Assembly (NCBI GenBank): GCA_963725865.1
Contig: CAVSAC010000012.1
Location: 512,001-576,000 of the forward strand
Direction: 5' to 3'
Length of the DNA stretch: 64,000 nucleotides
DNA from: Candidatus Eiseniibacteriota bacterium
GTDB lineage: Bacteria > Eisenbacteria > RBG-16-71-46
The translations under genes were made by a program, and so were the position numbers. The notes under the pieces were generated by a model. The model did no database searches. It saw only the letters and a list, made by a program, of their open reading frames with translations, and was not told the DNA's origin. Every line of letters starts with the position of its first letter. Position 1 is the stretch's first letter. Below, piece after piece: positions 29,658 to 39,281 of this stretch.

Positions 29658-31403
29658 GTGATTCCCGCTCCGGTGTCCTCCACGGCACCCACCCCGGTCG
29701 TAAGACTCCTGCCGCAACTGGTCGATTTCGCGGCCCGCCAGTACGGGGACATCCCCTTCCTGCTGCGTTACAGCGCTGGTGAATGGCAGGGCTACTCCTT
29801 CGTGGAGGCGGCCCGTGCCCAGCACGCGTTCCGGGCCCTGCTCGAGCGCGAGGGGGTACGGCCGGGCGACCGCGTCGGGCTCCAGAGCGAGAACCGCCCC
29901 GAGTGGATGCTCGCCTACCTGGCGATCCTCGAGACCGGCGCGGTGGTGGTGCCGCTCGACGCCCAGCTCAAGGCGGTCGAGGTAGGCGAGATCCTGGCTA
30001 CCGCCGGGGCCACCCACTGCGTGGTCAGCGCCCGCCAGCAGGGCGTGATCGAGCAGGTGCGCGGCGCGCGCCTGCCGGAGCTGAAGCTGGTGTCGCTGGA
30101 CCCGGTCGAGGGGCTGCCGACCTGGGACGAGGCGCAGCGCCGGTTCCCGGACGAACCCGCCCGCAAGCTGGAGGCGAGCCCGAACGACCTCGCGGTGCTG
30201 ATCTTCACCTCGGGCACGACCGGCCAGGCCAAAGGCGTGATGCTGTCGCACGCCAACCTGCTCTACAACGTCGAGACCGTGGCCCGCACGTTCGAGTTCG
30301 GGCCCGGCGACCGGTTCCTGTCGGTGCTGCCGCTCCACCACACCTTCGAGTCCACCGGCGAGCTGTGCGCGCTGCGCATCGGCTGCAGCGTCGCGTTCGC
30401 CCGCGGCCTCAACTCGCGCGAGCTGCGCGAGGACATGACCGGCTCGCGCGCGACGCTGTTCATCGGCGTGCCGCTGCTGTACGAGAAGCTGCTGACCGCC
30501 ATTCATCGCGGCATCGGCGAGGCCCCGCTGCCGCGCCGGCTGGTCGCGCAGACGCTGCTGTGGACCGTACGCCTGACCCGCATGCTCACCGGCCGGCGCA
30601 TCGGGCACACGCTCATGCGCCCGATCCGTGAAGCGGCCGGGCTCGGCAGCCTGCGCATGTTCATCTCCGGCGCCGCGCCGCTGGCGGGCGACGTGTTCTG
30701 GGGCTACATCGACCTCGGCTGGATCATGCTCGAAGGCTACGGCCTGACCGAGACCTCGCCGGTCGTGTGCGCGAACCGTCCGCCGCGGCCGCATCCGAAC
30801 GCGGTCGGCGCGCCGGTGCCGGGCGTCGACGTGCGCATCGCGGATCCCGACGACGACGGCAATGGCGAGATCGTGGTGCGCGGTCCCAACGTGATGCTCG
30901 GCTACTTCGGCAATCCCGTGGGCACCGCCGAGGTGCTGCGCGACGGCTGGTTCTACACCGGCGACCTGGGGCACTACACGCGCGACGGGCGGGTGAAGAT
31001 CACCGGGCGGCTCAAGAACATGATCGCCACCGCCGCCGGCAAGAAGATCTATCCGGAGGAGATCGAGGTGTACCTCAGCAACTGCCCTTACGTGCTCGAG
31101 GTGGTCGTGGCCGGGGGCCGCGACGCGCGCGGCGAGCGCGAGGAGGTGCACGCGCACATCTATCCGAACCTGCCGGCGCTCGAGGACCACGCGCGCGAGG
31201 TGAATCGCGCCTGCGACGACGCGTTCGTCGAGGAGACGCTGCGGCGCGAGGTGGACCTGCGCTGCCATTTCCTGGCGTCCTACAAGCGGGTCAAACGGGT
31301 GATCATCCGCCGGCAGGAGTTCGCCAAGACCACCACCGGCAAGATCAAGCGCCAGGGATTCTCCGCCGAGGCCGCGGTGCAGCGCGCCGGCGCCGTCGCC
31401 TGA
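29658..31403 (+). CDS. Long-chain fatty-acid--CoA ligase (AMP-binding)
   Basis: FTSGTTGQAKG, EGYGLTE, TGDLG, GRLKN, TTTGKIKR. Confidence 0.9.
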   Translation: MIPAPVSSTAPTPVVRLLPQLVDFAARQYGDIPFLLRYSAGEWQGYSFVEAARAQHAFRALLEREGVRPGDRVGLQSENRPEWMLAYLAILETGAVVVPLDAQLKAVEVGEILATAGATHCVVSARQQGVIEQVRGARLPELKLVSLDPVEGLPTWDEAQRRFPDEPARKLEASPNDLAVLIFTSGTTGQAKGVMLSHANLLYNVETVARTFEFGPGDRFLSVLPLHHTFESTGELCALRIGCSVAFARGLNSRELREDMTGSRATLFIGVPLLYEKLLTAIHRGIGEAPLPRRLVAQTLLWTVRLTRMLTGRRIGHTLMRPIREAAGLGSLRMFISGAAPLAGDVFWGYIDLGWIMLEGYGLTETSPVVCANRPPRPHPNAVGAPVPGVDVRIADPDDDGNGEIVVRGPNVMLGYFGNPVGTAEVLRDGWFYTGDLGHYTRDGRVKITGRLKNMIATAAGKKIYPEEIEVYLSNCPYVLEVVVAGGRDARGEREEVHAHIYPNLPALEDHAREVNRACDDAFVEETLRREVDLRCHFLASYKRVKRVIIRRQEFAKTTTGKIKRQGFSAEAAVQRAGAVA

Positions 31404-31419
31404 CCGGCGAAGGCGAGCG

Positions 31420-31902
31420 ATGGCCATCGATCCCGTTCCCCATGTCGCGATCAGCAAGATCATCGGCTTGCTCGAGGTGATCGAGGACGCCGGCGGCCGC
31501 TACGACGTGTTCCGGCTCGCGCGCGACATCAACTACGAGTTCGGCGAGATCCTGCAGGTCATCAAGGCCGCCGAGATGCTCGACCTGGTGGTGACGCCCG
31601 GCGCCGACGTGGTGCTCACCGGCACCGGGAGCGCCCTGCTGCGCGCGAAGGTGAATCCCCGCAAGAAGCTCCTGAAGGAGCAGATCAAGAAGCTCCCGCT
31701 GTTCCGCGCGGTGGTCGAGGCGCTGGTGCGCGCCGAGGACCATCGGGCGGACGAGGACGCGTTCCTCGAGATGATCGCGCTGCACCTGCCGGCGGAGAAT
31801 GCGGAGGGGTTGCTGCAGACGGTGATCGATTGGGGGAGGTACGCCGAGCTGCTGGGATACTCGCCGGACGACCAGCAGCTTTATCTGGATCAGGTGGAAT
31901 AG
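31420..31902 (+). CDS. Stand-alone AAA-associated C-terminal domain protein (like the C-terminus of NitT/TauT ABC ATPases)
   Basis: IIGLLEVI..GGRYDVFRLA...AAEMLDLV...IDWGRYAELLGY resembles that domain; recognised from memory, not searched. Confidence 0.65.
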   Translation: MAIDPVPHVAISKIIGLLEVIEDAGGRYDVFRLARDINYEFGEILQVIKAAEMLDLVVTPGADVVLTGTGSALLRAKVNPRKKLLKEQIKKLPLFRAVVEALVRAEDHRADEDAFLEMIALHLPAENAEGLLQTVIDWGRYAELLGYSPDDQQLYLDQVE

Positions 31903-31912
31903 CGGGCACGGC

Positions 31913-32036
31913 GCCGCTCCGGCGTCGGGCCATCTGCGGCGTCAGCCGCTCGGGGGCAGCCTGCGGAGTGTCCAAGAGGACACGCCTCGGCTGCCCCCGA
32001 GCGGCTTCCTTGCATCTGGCCCAACGGCGGAGCGGC
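31913..32036. repeat. Long nested inverted repeat (MITE/REP-like hairpin) flanked by 10-bp direct repeats
   Basis: Perfect 18-bp IR at 31944-31961 and 31989-32006; inner GTGTCC/GGACAC; imperfect outer arms; GGGCACGGCG at 31904 and 32039. Confidence 0.75.
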
Positions 32037-32056
32037 CTGGGCACGGCGAGCTGTGG

Positions 32057-32177
32057 GCCGCATCGGGGCTGCGCCCCTCGCTGCGTTGGCGCTCGAGGAG
32101 GATCGCCGCATCGGGGCTGCGCCCCTCGCTGCGTTGGCGCTCGAGGAGGATTGCCGCATCGGGGCTGCGCCCCTCGC
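32057..32177. repeat. 48-bp tandem repeat, about 2.5 copies, containing a GGGGC-TGC-GCCCC hairpin
   Basis: Units start at 32057, 32105 and 32153. Confidence 0.9.
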
Positions 32178-32189
32178 GGCGCGGGGACC

Positions 32190-32591
32190 TTACTCGGCTG
32201 CGGGGGGGGCGCCCAGGCCTTTGGCGCGGGCCTCGTAGACGATGTTGCCGTCGCTGTCGAACTGGAGGAAGTGGCGCTGGATCATCGGGCCCTTGGGGAC
32301 CATGCCGCCGCGCCAGTGGCGCTGGCCCAGTTCGCTCTCGTACTCCCACTGGAGTTCGAAGCTGGCGTCGTTGGCGACCTTGAATGGGAAGACGACCTGC
32401 TCGTTGTCGGCGAGGCGCTCCTTGACGAACGTCTGGCCGTCAACCGTGAGGCGCAGGCGGGTGAGCACCTTGCCGCTGTGATTGGCGATCACGGCTTCGT
32501 TGCTCGGGGTGCGCTGCATGAGCTCGGGCCAGTGCTTCCAGCCGTACCAGGCAGCGGCGGCCACCAGGATGATGAGGATGAAGCGCATCAT
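32190..32591 (-). CDS. Hypothetical membrane-anchored protein
   Basis: N-terminal hydrophobic MRFILIILVAAAAWYGW; upstream GGAGGG. Confidence 0.7.
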   Translation of the reverse strand: MMRFILIILVAAAAWYGWKHWPELMQRTPSNEAVIANHSGKVLTRLRLTVDGQTFVKERLADNEQVVFPFKVANDASFELQWEYESELGQRHWRGGMVPKGPMIQRHFLQFDSDGNIVYEARAKGLGAPPAAE

Positions 32592-32720
32592 GGTCGGGTC
32601 CCTCCAGCGGGTGGGGGCCGGCTTCCTGCCGGATGCGGGAACGATAGGCGGGTGCCCCGCGTGGGTGCAAGGCCCGTGTGGGGCCGGTCCCCGGAGGTGT
32701 CCCGGGCGCCGGGAACTCGG

Positions 32721-33332
32721 TCAGCTCGCGGGGCGCTTGGTGCGAGAGACGCGCTTGCCCTCGTTCGCGCCTTCCGGGTTGCGCAGGATGGGCTCGTACG
32801 CGGCCGGCGTCATCGCCGTGACCACGCGCGCGGGCGCGTCGCCGACGTTCTCGATCGCGTGCGGCACGCGTCCGTCGTAGTGGATCGAGTCGCCGGCCTC
32901 GAGCACGAAGGAGTGCTCGCCGCACGTCATCCCGATGCGCCCCTCCAGCACCAGCATGCACTCCTCGCCGTGGTGGTAGTGGCGCTGGTCCCCGATGGGC
33001 ATCCCGGGCGCGAACTCGATCCAGAGCAGCTCGAGGTTGCGCTTGGGGGCCGCCGAGAGCACCTCGACGCGGGTGACGTTGCCCGTGGAATCCATGCTCT
33101 GGCGCTCGTCGGCGCGCACGACGTACGGCACCGGATCCTCGTCCACGACGAGGTAGGCGACCGAGACGTCGAGCGCCTTCGCCACGTCGGCGAGTGTCGC
33201 GAGGGACGGGGAGGTGCGGTCGTTCTCGACCTGGCTGATGAAGCCCTTCGACAAGCCGCTGGCGGTGGCGAGCTGTTGCACGGTGAGTCCGCGGCGCAAG
33301 CGAAGATCGCGGATCTTCTTGCCGACTTGCAT
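32721..33332 (-). CDS. XRE-family HTH plus cupin transcriptional regulator
   Basis: GGAG then ATG at 33332; GKKIRDLR...SKGFISQVEN..SPS; HHGEE...GDSIHY..PH. Confidence 0.9.
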   Translation of the reverse strand: MQVGKKIRDLRLRRGLTVQQLATASGLSKGFISQVENDRTSPSLATLADVAKALDVSVAYLVVDEDPVPYVVRADERQSMDSTGNVTRVEVLSAAPKRNLELLWIEFAPGMPIGDQRHYHHGEECMLVLEGRIGMTCGEHSFVLEAGDSIHYDGRVPHAIENVGDAPARVVTAMTPAAYEPILRNPEGANEGKRVSRTKRPAS

Positions 33333-33469
33333 GGGTACTCCGACGATGCCCGGGGGGCGGGCGGGGGTCCGGAGCGAACGCCGCGCGACCCAGGGTCGGT
33401 CCCACGGCGACGAAGTGATCGTCGTCCCGGACTGGGGCCCGGCGGGAGCGACGTCACACGACTGCAAGG

Positions 33470-35356
33470 CTAGGCGAGGTTCAGACCCGAGTCAATGACT
33501 GGCGGCAGTGCTTCGACATCCCAGTCCCCGGCGGGGACACTCGCGCGGCGCGTCCGGGCGCCGAGCACCTGGAGCGCGTACAGGCGCGAGTAGATGCCAC
33601 CGAGCGCCAGCAGCTCCGCGTGGGTGCCCTGCTCGCGCACGCGGCCGTGATGCAGGACCACGATCCGATCGACATCCTGGATGGTGGACAGCCGATGGGC
33701 GATGACCAGGCTGGTGCGGTTCCGCATCAGTCGCCGGAGGGCGTCCTGGATGAGCGACTCGGTGTGCGTGTCCACCGAGGAGGTCGCCTCGTCGAGCACC
33801 AGCACCTGGGGGTCGCGGGCCAGCGTGCGCGCGAACGCGAGCAGCTGGCGCTGGCCGCCGGACAGGGTGGCCCCCCGCTCGCGCACCTCGGCCGCGTAGC
33901 CGCCCGGCAGGGCCTGGATGAAGTCGTGCGCGTGGGTCTCGCGCGCCGCGGCCAGCAGCGCCTCGTGGGTGAGACCGAGGTCGTCCAGCCGCAGGTTGCT
34001 CTCGATGGTGCCCGAGAAGAGGAACACGTCCTGCAGCACCAGGCCGAGCGCGGCCCGCAGCTCGCGAGCGTCCCATTCCGCCAGCGGGCGGCCGTCGACC
34101 CGGATCACGCCGCGCTGCGGCAGGTAGAACCTCAGGAGCAGGTTCGCGAGCGTCGTCTTGCCGGAACCCGTCGCGCCGACGATCGCCACTTTCTCGCCCG
34201 GTTCGACGGCGAATGAGACGTCCTCGAGCACGAACCGCTCGCCGTCGTAGGCGAACCACACGTGATCGAACTCGATGCGCCCGCGCACCTCGGCGCGCTT
34301 CACCGGCTCGATGGCCGTGGCGGTCGACGGCGGCGAGCCCTGCGCGGGCGCCAGGGCGGGGTCGATCGGCGTATCGAGCAGGTGGAAGATCCGTTCGGCG
34401 GAGGCCATCGCCTGCTGCAGGATGTTGTACTTCTCGCTCAGGTCCGAGATGGGTCGGAAGAACCGCTGGGTGTACTGGATGAACGCGACCAGGATGCCCA
34501 GCGTGATGCCCTGCCACATCACCTGACGGCCGCCGTACCAGACGATCAGCGAGATCGCGAGCGCACCCATGAGGTCGAGCAGTGGGAAGAACATCGCGTG
34601 GTAGAACACGGCCTTCAGGTTGGCGTCGCGGTGCGCGGCGTTGAGGCCGCGGAACTCCTCGTAATTGCGGGCCTCGCGGTTCATGAGCTGCACGGTGCCC
34701 ATCCCCGTGAGGTTCTCGTTCAGGAACACGTTCAGCCGCGAGAGCCGCGCGCGGATGTCGCGGAACGACTGCCGCACCAGCGTGCGGAACGCGAGGCTGC
34801 CGATCGCGATCAGGGGCAGCACCGAGAACGTCACGCCCAGCAGCTCGGCGTTCAGGCGCACCATCGCCACCACGATGCCCGCGAGCAGGAAGATGTCGCC
34901 GAAGATCGCGACGATGCCGCCGGTCACCAGTTCGTTGAGCGTGTCCACGTCGTTGGTGACGCGCGTCATCATGCGGCCGATCGGGTTCTGGTCGAAGTGC
35001 GACAGCGGCAGCCGCTGGAGGTGGCGGAACAGGTCGCGGCGCAGGTCGAGCATCAGGTGCTGCCCGACGCGCTGCATGATCTGCTGGTGCAGGTAGCCGA
35101 GGCCGAACGCGATCAGCAGCACCGCCAGATAGAGAACCGCCACGCGATCGAGGTGCCCGAGGTCGCGGTGGCGGATGCCGTGGTCGATCGCCTCCTTGGT
35201 GAGCCAGGGGCCCGCGAGCTGCACCAGCGAGTCCCCGATCACCACCAGCGTGGCCCACGCCACCTGCCCGCGGTACGGGCGCAGGTAGCCGAGCAAACGC
35301 CGCATGAGGCGGTGATCGTACGCGCGGCCGGAAGCCTCTTCCTCGTGCTGGCTCAC
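33470..35356 (-). CDS. ABC exporter, fused TMD-NBD, subunit 2 of a heterodimer
   Basis: GTG start at 35356 overlapping the upstream stop; GATGSGKTT, LSGGQRQ, VLDEATSSVD, AHR. Confidence 0.9.
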   Translation of the reverse strand: MSQHEEEASGRAYDHRLMRRLLGYLRPYRGQVAWATLVVIGDSLVQLAGPWLTKEAIDHGIRHRDLGHLDRVAVLYLAVLLIAFGLGYLHQQIMQRVGQHLMLDLRRDLFRHLQRLPLSHFDQNPIGRMMTRVTNDVDTLNELVTGGIVAIFGDIFLLAGIVVAMVRLNAELLGVTFSVLPLIAIGSLAFRTLVRQSFRDIRARLSRLNVFLNENLTGMGTVQLMNREARNYEEFRGLNAAHRDANLKAVFYHAMFFPLLDLMGALAISLIVWYGGRQVMWQGITLGILVAFIQYTQRFFRPISDLSEKYNILQQAMASAERIFHLLDTPIDPALAPAQGSPPSTATAIEPVKRAEVRGRIEFDHVWFAYDGERFVLEDVSFAVEPGEKVAIVGATGSGKTTLANLLLRFYLPQRGVIRVDGRPLAEWDARELRAALGLVLQDVFLFSGTIESNLRLDDLGLTHEALLAAARETHAHDFIQALPGGYAAEVRERGATLSGGQRQLLAFARTLARDPQVLVLDEATSSVDTHTESLIQDALRRLMRNRTSLVIAHRLSTIQDVDRIVVLHHGRVREQGTHAELLALGGIYSRLYALQVLGARTRRASVPAGDWDVEALPPVIDSGLNLA

Positions 35357-37098
35357 GACGCCTCGAGCTCCTCTTCGAGCTGCTGCTCGCGCACCAGGTC
35401 GGCGTAGCGGCCGCCGGCGGCGAGCAGCTCCGCGTGCGTGCCACGCTCGACCAGCGCGCCGCCCTCGAGCACCACGATCAGGTCGGCGTCGCGCACCGTG
35501 CTCACGCGGTGGGCCACGATCAGCGACGTGCGGCGGCGCAGCTCGCCGCGCAGCTCGCCGAGGATCGCCTCCTCGGTCTGGGTGTCGACGCTCGAGAGGC
35601 AGTCGTCGAGCAGCAGGATGGGCGCGTCCCGCAGCACCGCGCGCGCGATCGCCGTGCGCTGGCGCTGGCCGCCCGAGAGCGTGATCCCGCGTTCGCCGAC
35701 CATGGTGTCCCAGCCGCGCGGCAGCAGCGCCACGTCGTCCTGCAGGTGCGCCACGTGGCCGGCGCGCTCGATCGCCGCGCGTTTCGCGTGATCGACGCCG
35801 TACGCGATGTTCTCCGCCAGCGTCGCGGAGAACAGGAACGTGTCCTGCTGGGCGATCGCCAGCCGGGCCCGCAGCGCCCCGAGGTCCCACTCGCGCACGT
35901 CGAGCCCGTCCACGAGCACGGTGCCGGGCGGCGGGTCGAACGCGCGCGCCACCAGCGCGAGCAGCGTGGACTTGCCGGAGCCCGTGTGACCGACCAGGGC
36001 GACCGTGGTGCCGGGCGGCACCACGAGCGAGACGTCGTGCAGCGCGGGCGCCGGCGCTCCCGGGTAGCGGAACGTGAGCCCGCGGAACTCGATCGCCCCA
36101 CGCGCCGGGCTCGGCACCCGCGCGTGGGGCGGGCTCGCGATCGCGGGCTCGACCGCGAGGATCTCGACCAGTCGGCGCATGGACGCGCTGCCGCGCTGGA
36201 ACAGGCTCACCACCCAGCCCAGCGCCACCATCGGCCAGTTCAGCATGCCGAGGTACACGGTGAACGCCACGAACTCGCCGAGCGTGATGTGGCCCTTCAC
36301 GACCTCGCGGCCGCCGACGTAGAGGGCCAGCAGCGCCGCGAGCCCGGACAGGAACCCGAGCACGGGGTACAGGAAGCCCGAGGTCCTGATCAACGCGAGG
36401 TTCTTGTCGAGGTACGCGCGGTTGAGCCGCTGGAAGTCCGCCAGCTCGCTGTCCTCGCGCGCGAACGCCCGCACCACCCGCACGCCCGCGAGGTTCTCCT
36501 GCACGCGGGCCGAGATGAGCGCGAAGTGCTCCTGGATGTGCGCGAAGCGGCGCTCGATGCGCTCGCCGAAGAACCACACCGAGAGCGACACGAACGGCAG
36601 CGGCAGCAGCGAGTACAACGACAGCCGCGGGCTGATCGCGAGCATGAACCCGAGCGCCACCAGCGCCACCGTGACGGTGTTCACCAGGTACATGATGCCG
36701 GGGCCGAGCATCAGGCGGACGGCCGCCAGGTCGTTGGTCGCCCGCGACATGATCTCCCCGGTGCGCTCGGTCTGGAACCACTGGAGCGGCTGGCGCTGGA
36801 GGTGCGCGAACAGGTCGTTGCGCAGGTCGAACTCGATCGCGCGCGAGATGCCGATGACGGCCTGGCGCATCCAGTACTTGAACACCCCGGAGATCAGCGC
36901 GACCAGGAACAGCAGGATGGCGTAGCGCCCGAGCTTGGAGGCGGTGACGCCGGTGTAGAGGTCGTCGACCGCGAAGCGGAGCACCTGCGGCTGCGCGAGC
37001 GCGATGACGTTCGCCACCACCACGCACACGATGCCCCAGGCGAGCCCGCGGGTGTGGCGGGCGAGGTAGGGACGCAGGCGCGCGAACAGTTCGCGGAT
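35353..37098 (-). CDS. ABC exporter, fused TMD-NBD, subunit 1 with degenerate Walker B; probable ATC start
   Basis: GHTGSGKST, LSGGQRQR, LLLDDCLSSVD; frame extends upstream as (I)RELFARLRPYL behind a GGAGGG SD. Confidence 0.88.
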   Translation of the reverse strand: MRELFARLRPYLARHTRGLAWGIVCVVVANVIALAQPQVLRFAVDDLYTGVTASKLGRYAILLFLVALISGVFKYWMRQAVIGISRAIEFDLRNDLFAHLQRQPLQWFQTERTGEIMSRATNDLAAVRLMLGPGIMYLVNTVTVALVALGFMLAISPRLSLYSLLPLPFVSLSVWFFGERIERRFAHIQEHFALISARVQENLAGVRVVRAFAREDSELADFQRLNRAYLDKNLALIRTSGFLYPVLGFLSGLAALLALYVGGREVVKGHITLGEFVAFTVYLGMLNWPMVALGWVVSLFQRGSASMRRLVEILAVEPAIASPPHARVPSPARGAIEFRGLTFRYPGAPAPALHDVSLVVPPGTTVALVGHTGSGKSTLLALVARAFDPPPGTVLVDGLDVREWDLGALRARLAIAQQDTFLFSATLAENIAYGVDHAKRAAIERAGHVAHLQDDVALLPRGWDTMVGERGITLSGGQRQRTAIARAVLRDAPILLLDDCLSSVDTQTEEAILGELRGELRRRTSLIVAHRVSTVRDADLIVVLEGGALVERGTHAELLAAGGRYADLVREQQLEEELEAS

Positions 37099-37169
37099 GA
37101 CTCGACCCTCCGAAACGACCGCGGGCGCGCGCCCGCTCCGGCACGCGCGCCCGTCGGTGAGCGCCGCCC

Positions 37170-38138
37170 TCAGGGCTTGCGGGGACCGCCCAGCCAGCCC
37201 TGCAGCCGGTCGAGCTTGGTGACCTTGAAGGCCATCCCGGCGTAGAGCTCGTCGGTGTGGAGTGCGTTCTTGGCGGCCGCGGTGTGGAACGAGCCCGCGA
37301 ACATGTCGAGCCGGTCGTCCACGCGCAGCAGCAGGATCGGACCCACCAGGTGGCGCGTGACCTTGTCGCCCGGCGTGTCACCGTCGCCGGCCGCGATCTC
37401 GCCGGAATAGCGGCCGCCGACCAGCAGGCGCGAGCCCAGCCACCAGCCGAGGTCGGCGCGCGCGAGCATCTGGTCCGCGGGCGCCTCGAAGCGGTAGCGA
37501 TAGCCCGCCGCCACGTCGAGGAAGCCCGAATGCGCGATGGGAGCGCCCCAGTTGAGGCTGGCCATCAGGTCCTGCTGGCCGTCGCCGAGCGTCGCCGGGT
37601 ACTGCGCCACCGCCGGCCGCGTCGAGTCGCCGAGCGCGCCGGTCACGGTCAGGGGCCGGCCCTGCAGGGTGCGCCGCGAGAGGTCGCGCGTGTAGCCGAG
37701 CGGGGCCTTCCACGCCAGGTCCAACGAGAGCGCGCTGGTCGTCTGATGGAGCTTCAGCCGGACGCCGACCGTCAGGTCGCCCAGCCCGGTCTCCGACTGG
37801 TTGAAGCCGCGCGGATCGCCGACCCGCCGCGTCACGGACGAGTACGGCAGACTGAGGAAGAACGAGCGCCCCTTCTTCCAGCCCAGCTCGGTGGTCGAGG
37901 TGAGCGAGCGCATCTCGTAGAGCCCGCCGCCGTCGAGCGGGGGCTGGAGCTTGTCCTCGCCCACCACCCACCGATCGGACGAGAACGCACTGGCGGTGAA
38001 GGAGGTCTGGTATTCGCCCGGCGCGGGCAGCCACGCGCCCGCGTGGGCGGCCGGGATGGACACGAGGGCCGCGAGTGCGGCCACACAGGCCGCGCGGGCG
38101 GCCGGAACGAGCGACGGCACCTTCGTGCGCGCGAACAT
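37170..38138 (-). CDS. Secreted putative outer-membrane beta-barrel protein
   Basis: Signal peptide ending AHA-GAW; GLGDLTVGVRLKL; alternating amphipathic beta-strand pattern. Confidence 0.6.
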   Translation of the reverse strand: MFARTKVPSLVPAARAACVAALAALVSIPAAHAGAWLPAPGEYQTSFTASAFSSDRWVVGEDKLQPPLDGGGLYEMRSLTSTTELGWKKGRSFFLSLPYSSVTRRVGDPRGFNQSETGLGDLTVGVRLKLHQTTSALSLDLAWKAPLGYTRDLSRRTLQGRPLTVTGALGDSTRPAVAQYPATLGDGQQDLMASLNWGAPIAHSGFLDVAAGYRYRFEAPADQMLARADLGWWLGSRLLVGGRYSGEIAAGDGDTPGDKVTRHLVGPILLLRVDDRLDMFAGSFHTAAAKNALHTDELYAGMAFKVTKLDRLQGWLGGPRKP

Positions 38139-38288
38139 CAAGGCAGGAGCCTCCTTCGGAGCGTCCGGTCAAGCGGGTCCAAGTCGCGGGAGACTATCCG
38201 TCCGGGGCAAGCCGGTGCAAGCGGACGCTCGGGGGCGAACGCCTGCGGGCTCGCCAAGCCCCTCGCGGCTGTGGCACATTGCGCCGGC

Positions 38289-39281
38289 ATGGAACGCCCC
38301 CGCGTGCTGGAGTACGTCCGCGACAAGAAGGCGGTGTGGACGCTGCCGACGGCGCTGATCGACGGCCTGCGCGGCGACTTCCCCGAGGTCGAATTCCTCT
38401 CGCCGCGCGACCGCGCCGAGGCCGAGGCGGCGCTGCCGACGGTCGACGTGATCTACGGCTGGGTGCTGCGCGAGTCCAACTTCGCACTCGCGAAGCGCCT
38501 GCGCTGGGTGCACGTCAGCGCGGCGGGCGTGGGGCCGATGCTGTTCCCCGCGCTGGTCGAGAGCAACGTCGTGCTCACGAACGGGCGCGGCCTGCACGCG
38601 ATCTCGATGGCCGAGCACGCGCTCGCCGCGATCTTCGGCTTCGCGCGCAAGCTACACCTGGCGCGCGACCTCCAGCGCGCGCGGCGCTGGTCGCAGGAGG
38701 GGCTGTGGCTCGAACCGCCGCCGCTCGCGCAGGTGCACGGCTCCACGCTGGGCATCGTGGGCCTCGGCGAGATCGGCCGCGCGCTCGCGCTGCGCGCGCG
38801 CGCGCTCGGCATGCGGGTGCTGGCGGTGCGCCGCCACCCGACCGACGATCCCGCGCCCGCGGACGTGCAGTGGGGCCTCGACGGCCTCGAGGAGTTGCTG
38901 GCGGGCAGCGACTGGGTGGTGCTGTGCCCGCCGCTCACGCCCGCGACGCAGGGGCTGCTGTCGCGCGCGCGGATCGCCCTGCTCAAGCCGGGCGCGGTGC
39001 TCGTGAACCTGGGGCGCGGCCAGCTGGTGGACGAGACCGCGCTCATCGAGGCGCTGCGCGAGAAGCGCATCGCGGGGGCGGCGCTCGACGTGTTCGAGGA
39101 GGAGCCGCTACCGGCGCTCTCGCCGATCTGGGAACTCGACAACGTGATCCTGACGCCGCACGTCTCGGGCCTGGGCCCGTTCTATTGGGAGCGCGCGGTG
39201 GAGCAATTCGCCGCCAACCTGCGGCGCTGGCTGGAGGGGCGCGCGCTCGTGAACGTGGTCGACAAACGGGCAGGCTACTAG
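38289..39281 (+). CDS. D-2-hydroxyacid dehydrogenase
   Basis: GLGEIG Rossmann motif, NLGRG, DVFEEEPL, TPHVSG. Confidence 0.9.
   Translation: MERPRVLEYVRDKKAVWTLPTALIDGLRGDFPEVEFLSPRDRAEAEAALPTVDVIYGWVLRESNFALAKRLRWVHVSAAGVGPMLFPALVESNVVLTNGRGLHAISMAEHALAAIFGFARKLHLARDLQRARRWSQEGLWLEPPPLAQVHGSTLGIVGLGEIGRALALRARALGMRVLAVRRHPTDDPAPADVQWGLDGLEELLAGSDWVVLCPPLTPATQGLLSRARIALLKPGAVLVNLGRGQLVDETALIEALREKRIAGAALDVFEEEPLPALSPIWELDNVILTPHVSGLGPFYWERAVEQFAANLRRWLEGRALVNVVDKRAGY

Noticed and set aside
32057..32177. Possible CRISPR array
   Set aside because: The units are contiguous and near-identical with no unique spacers, and there are no cas genes in the window.
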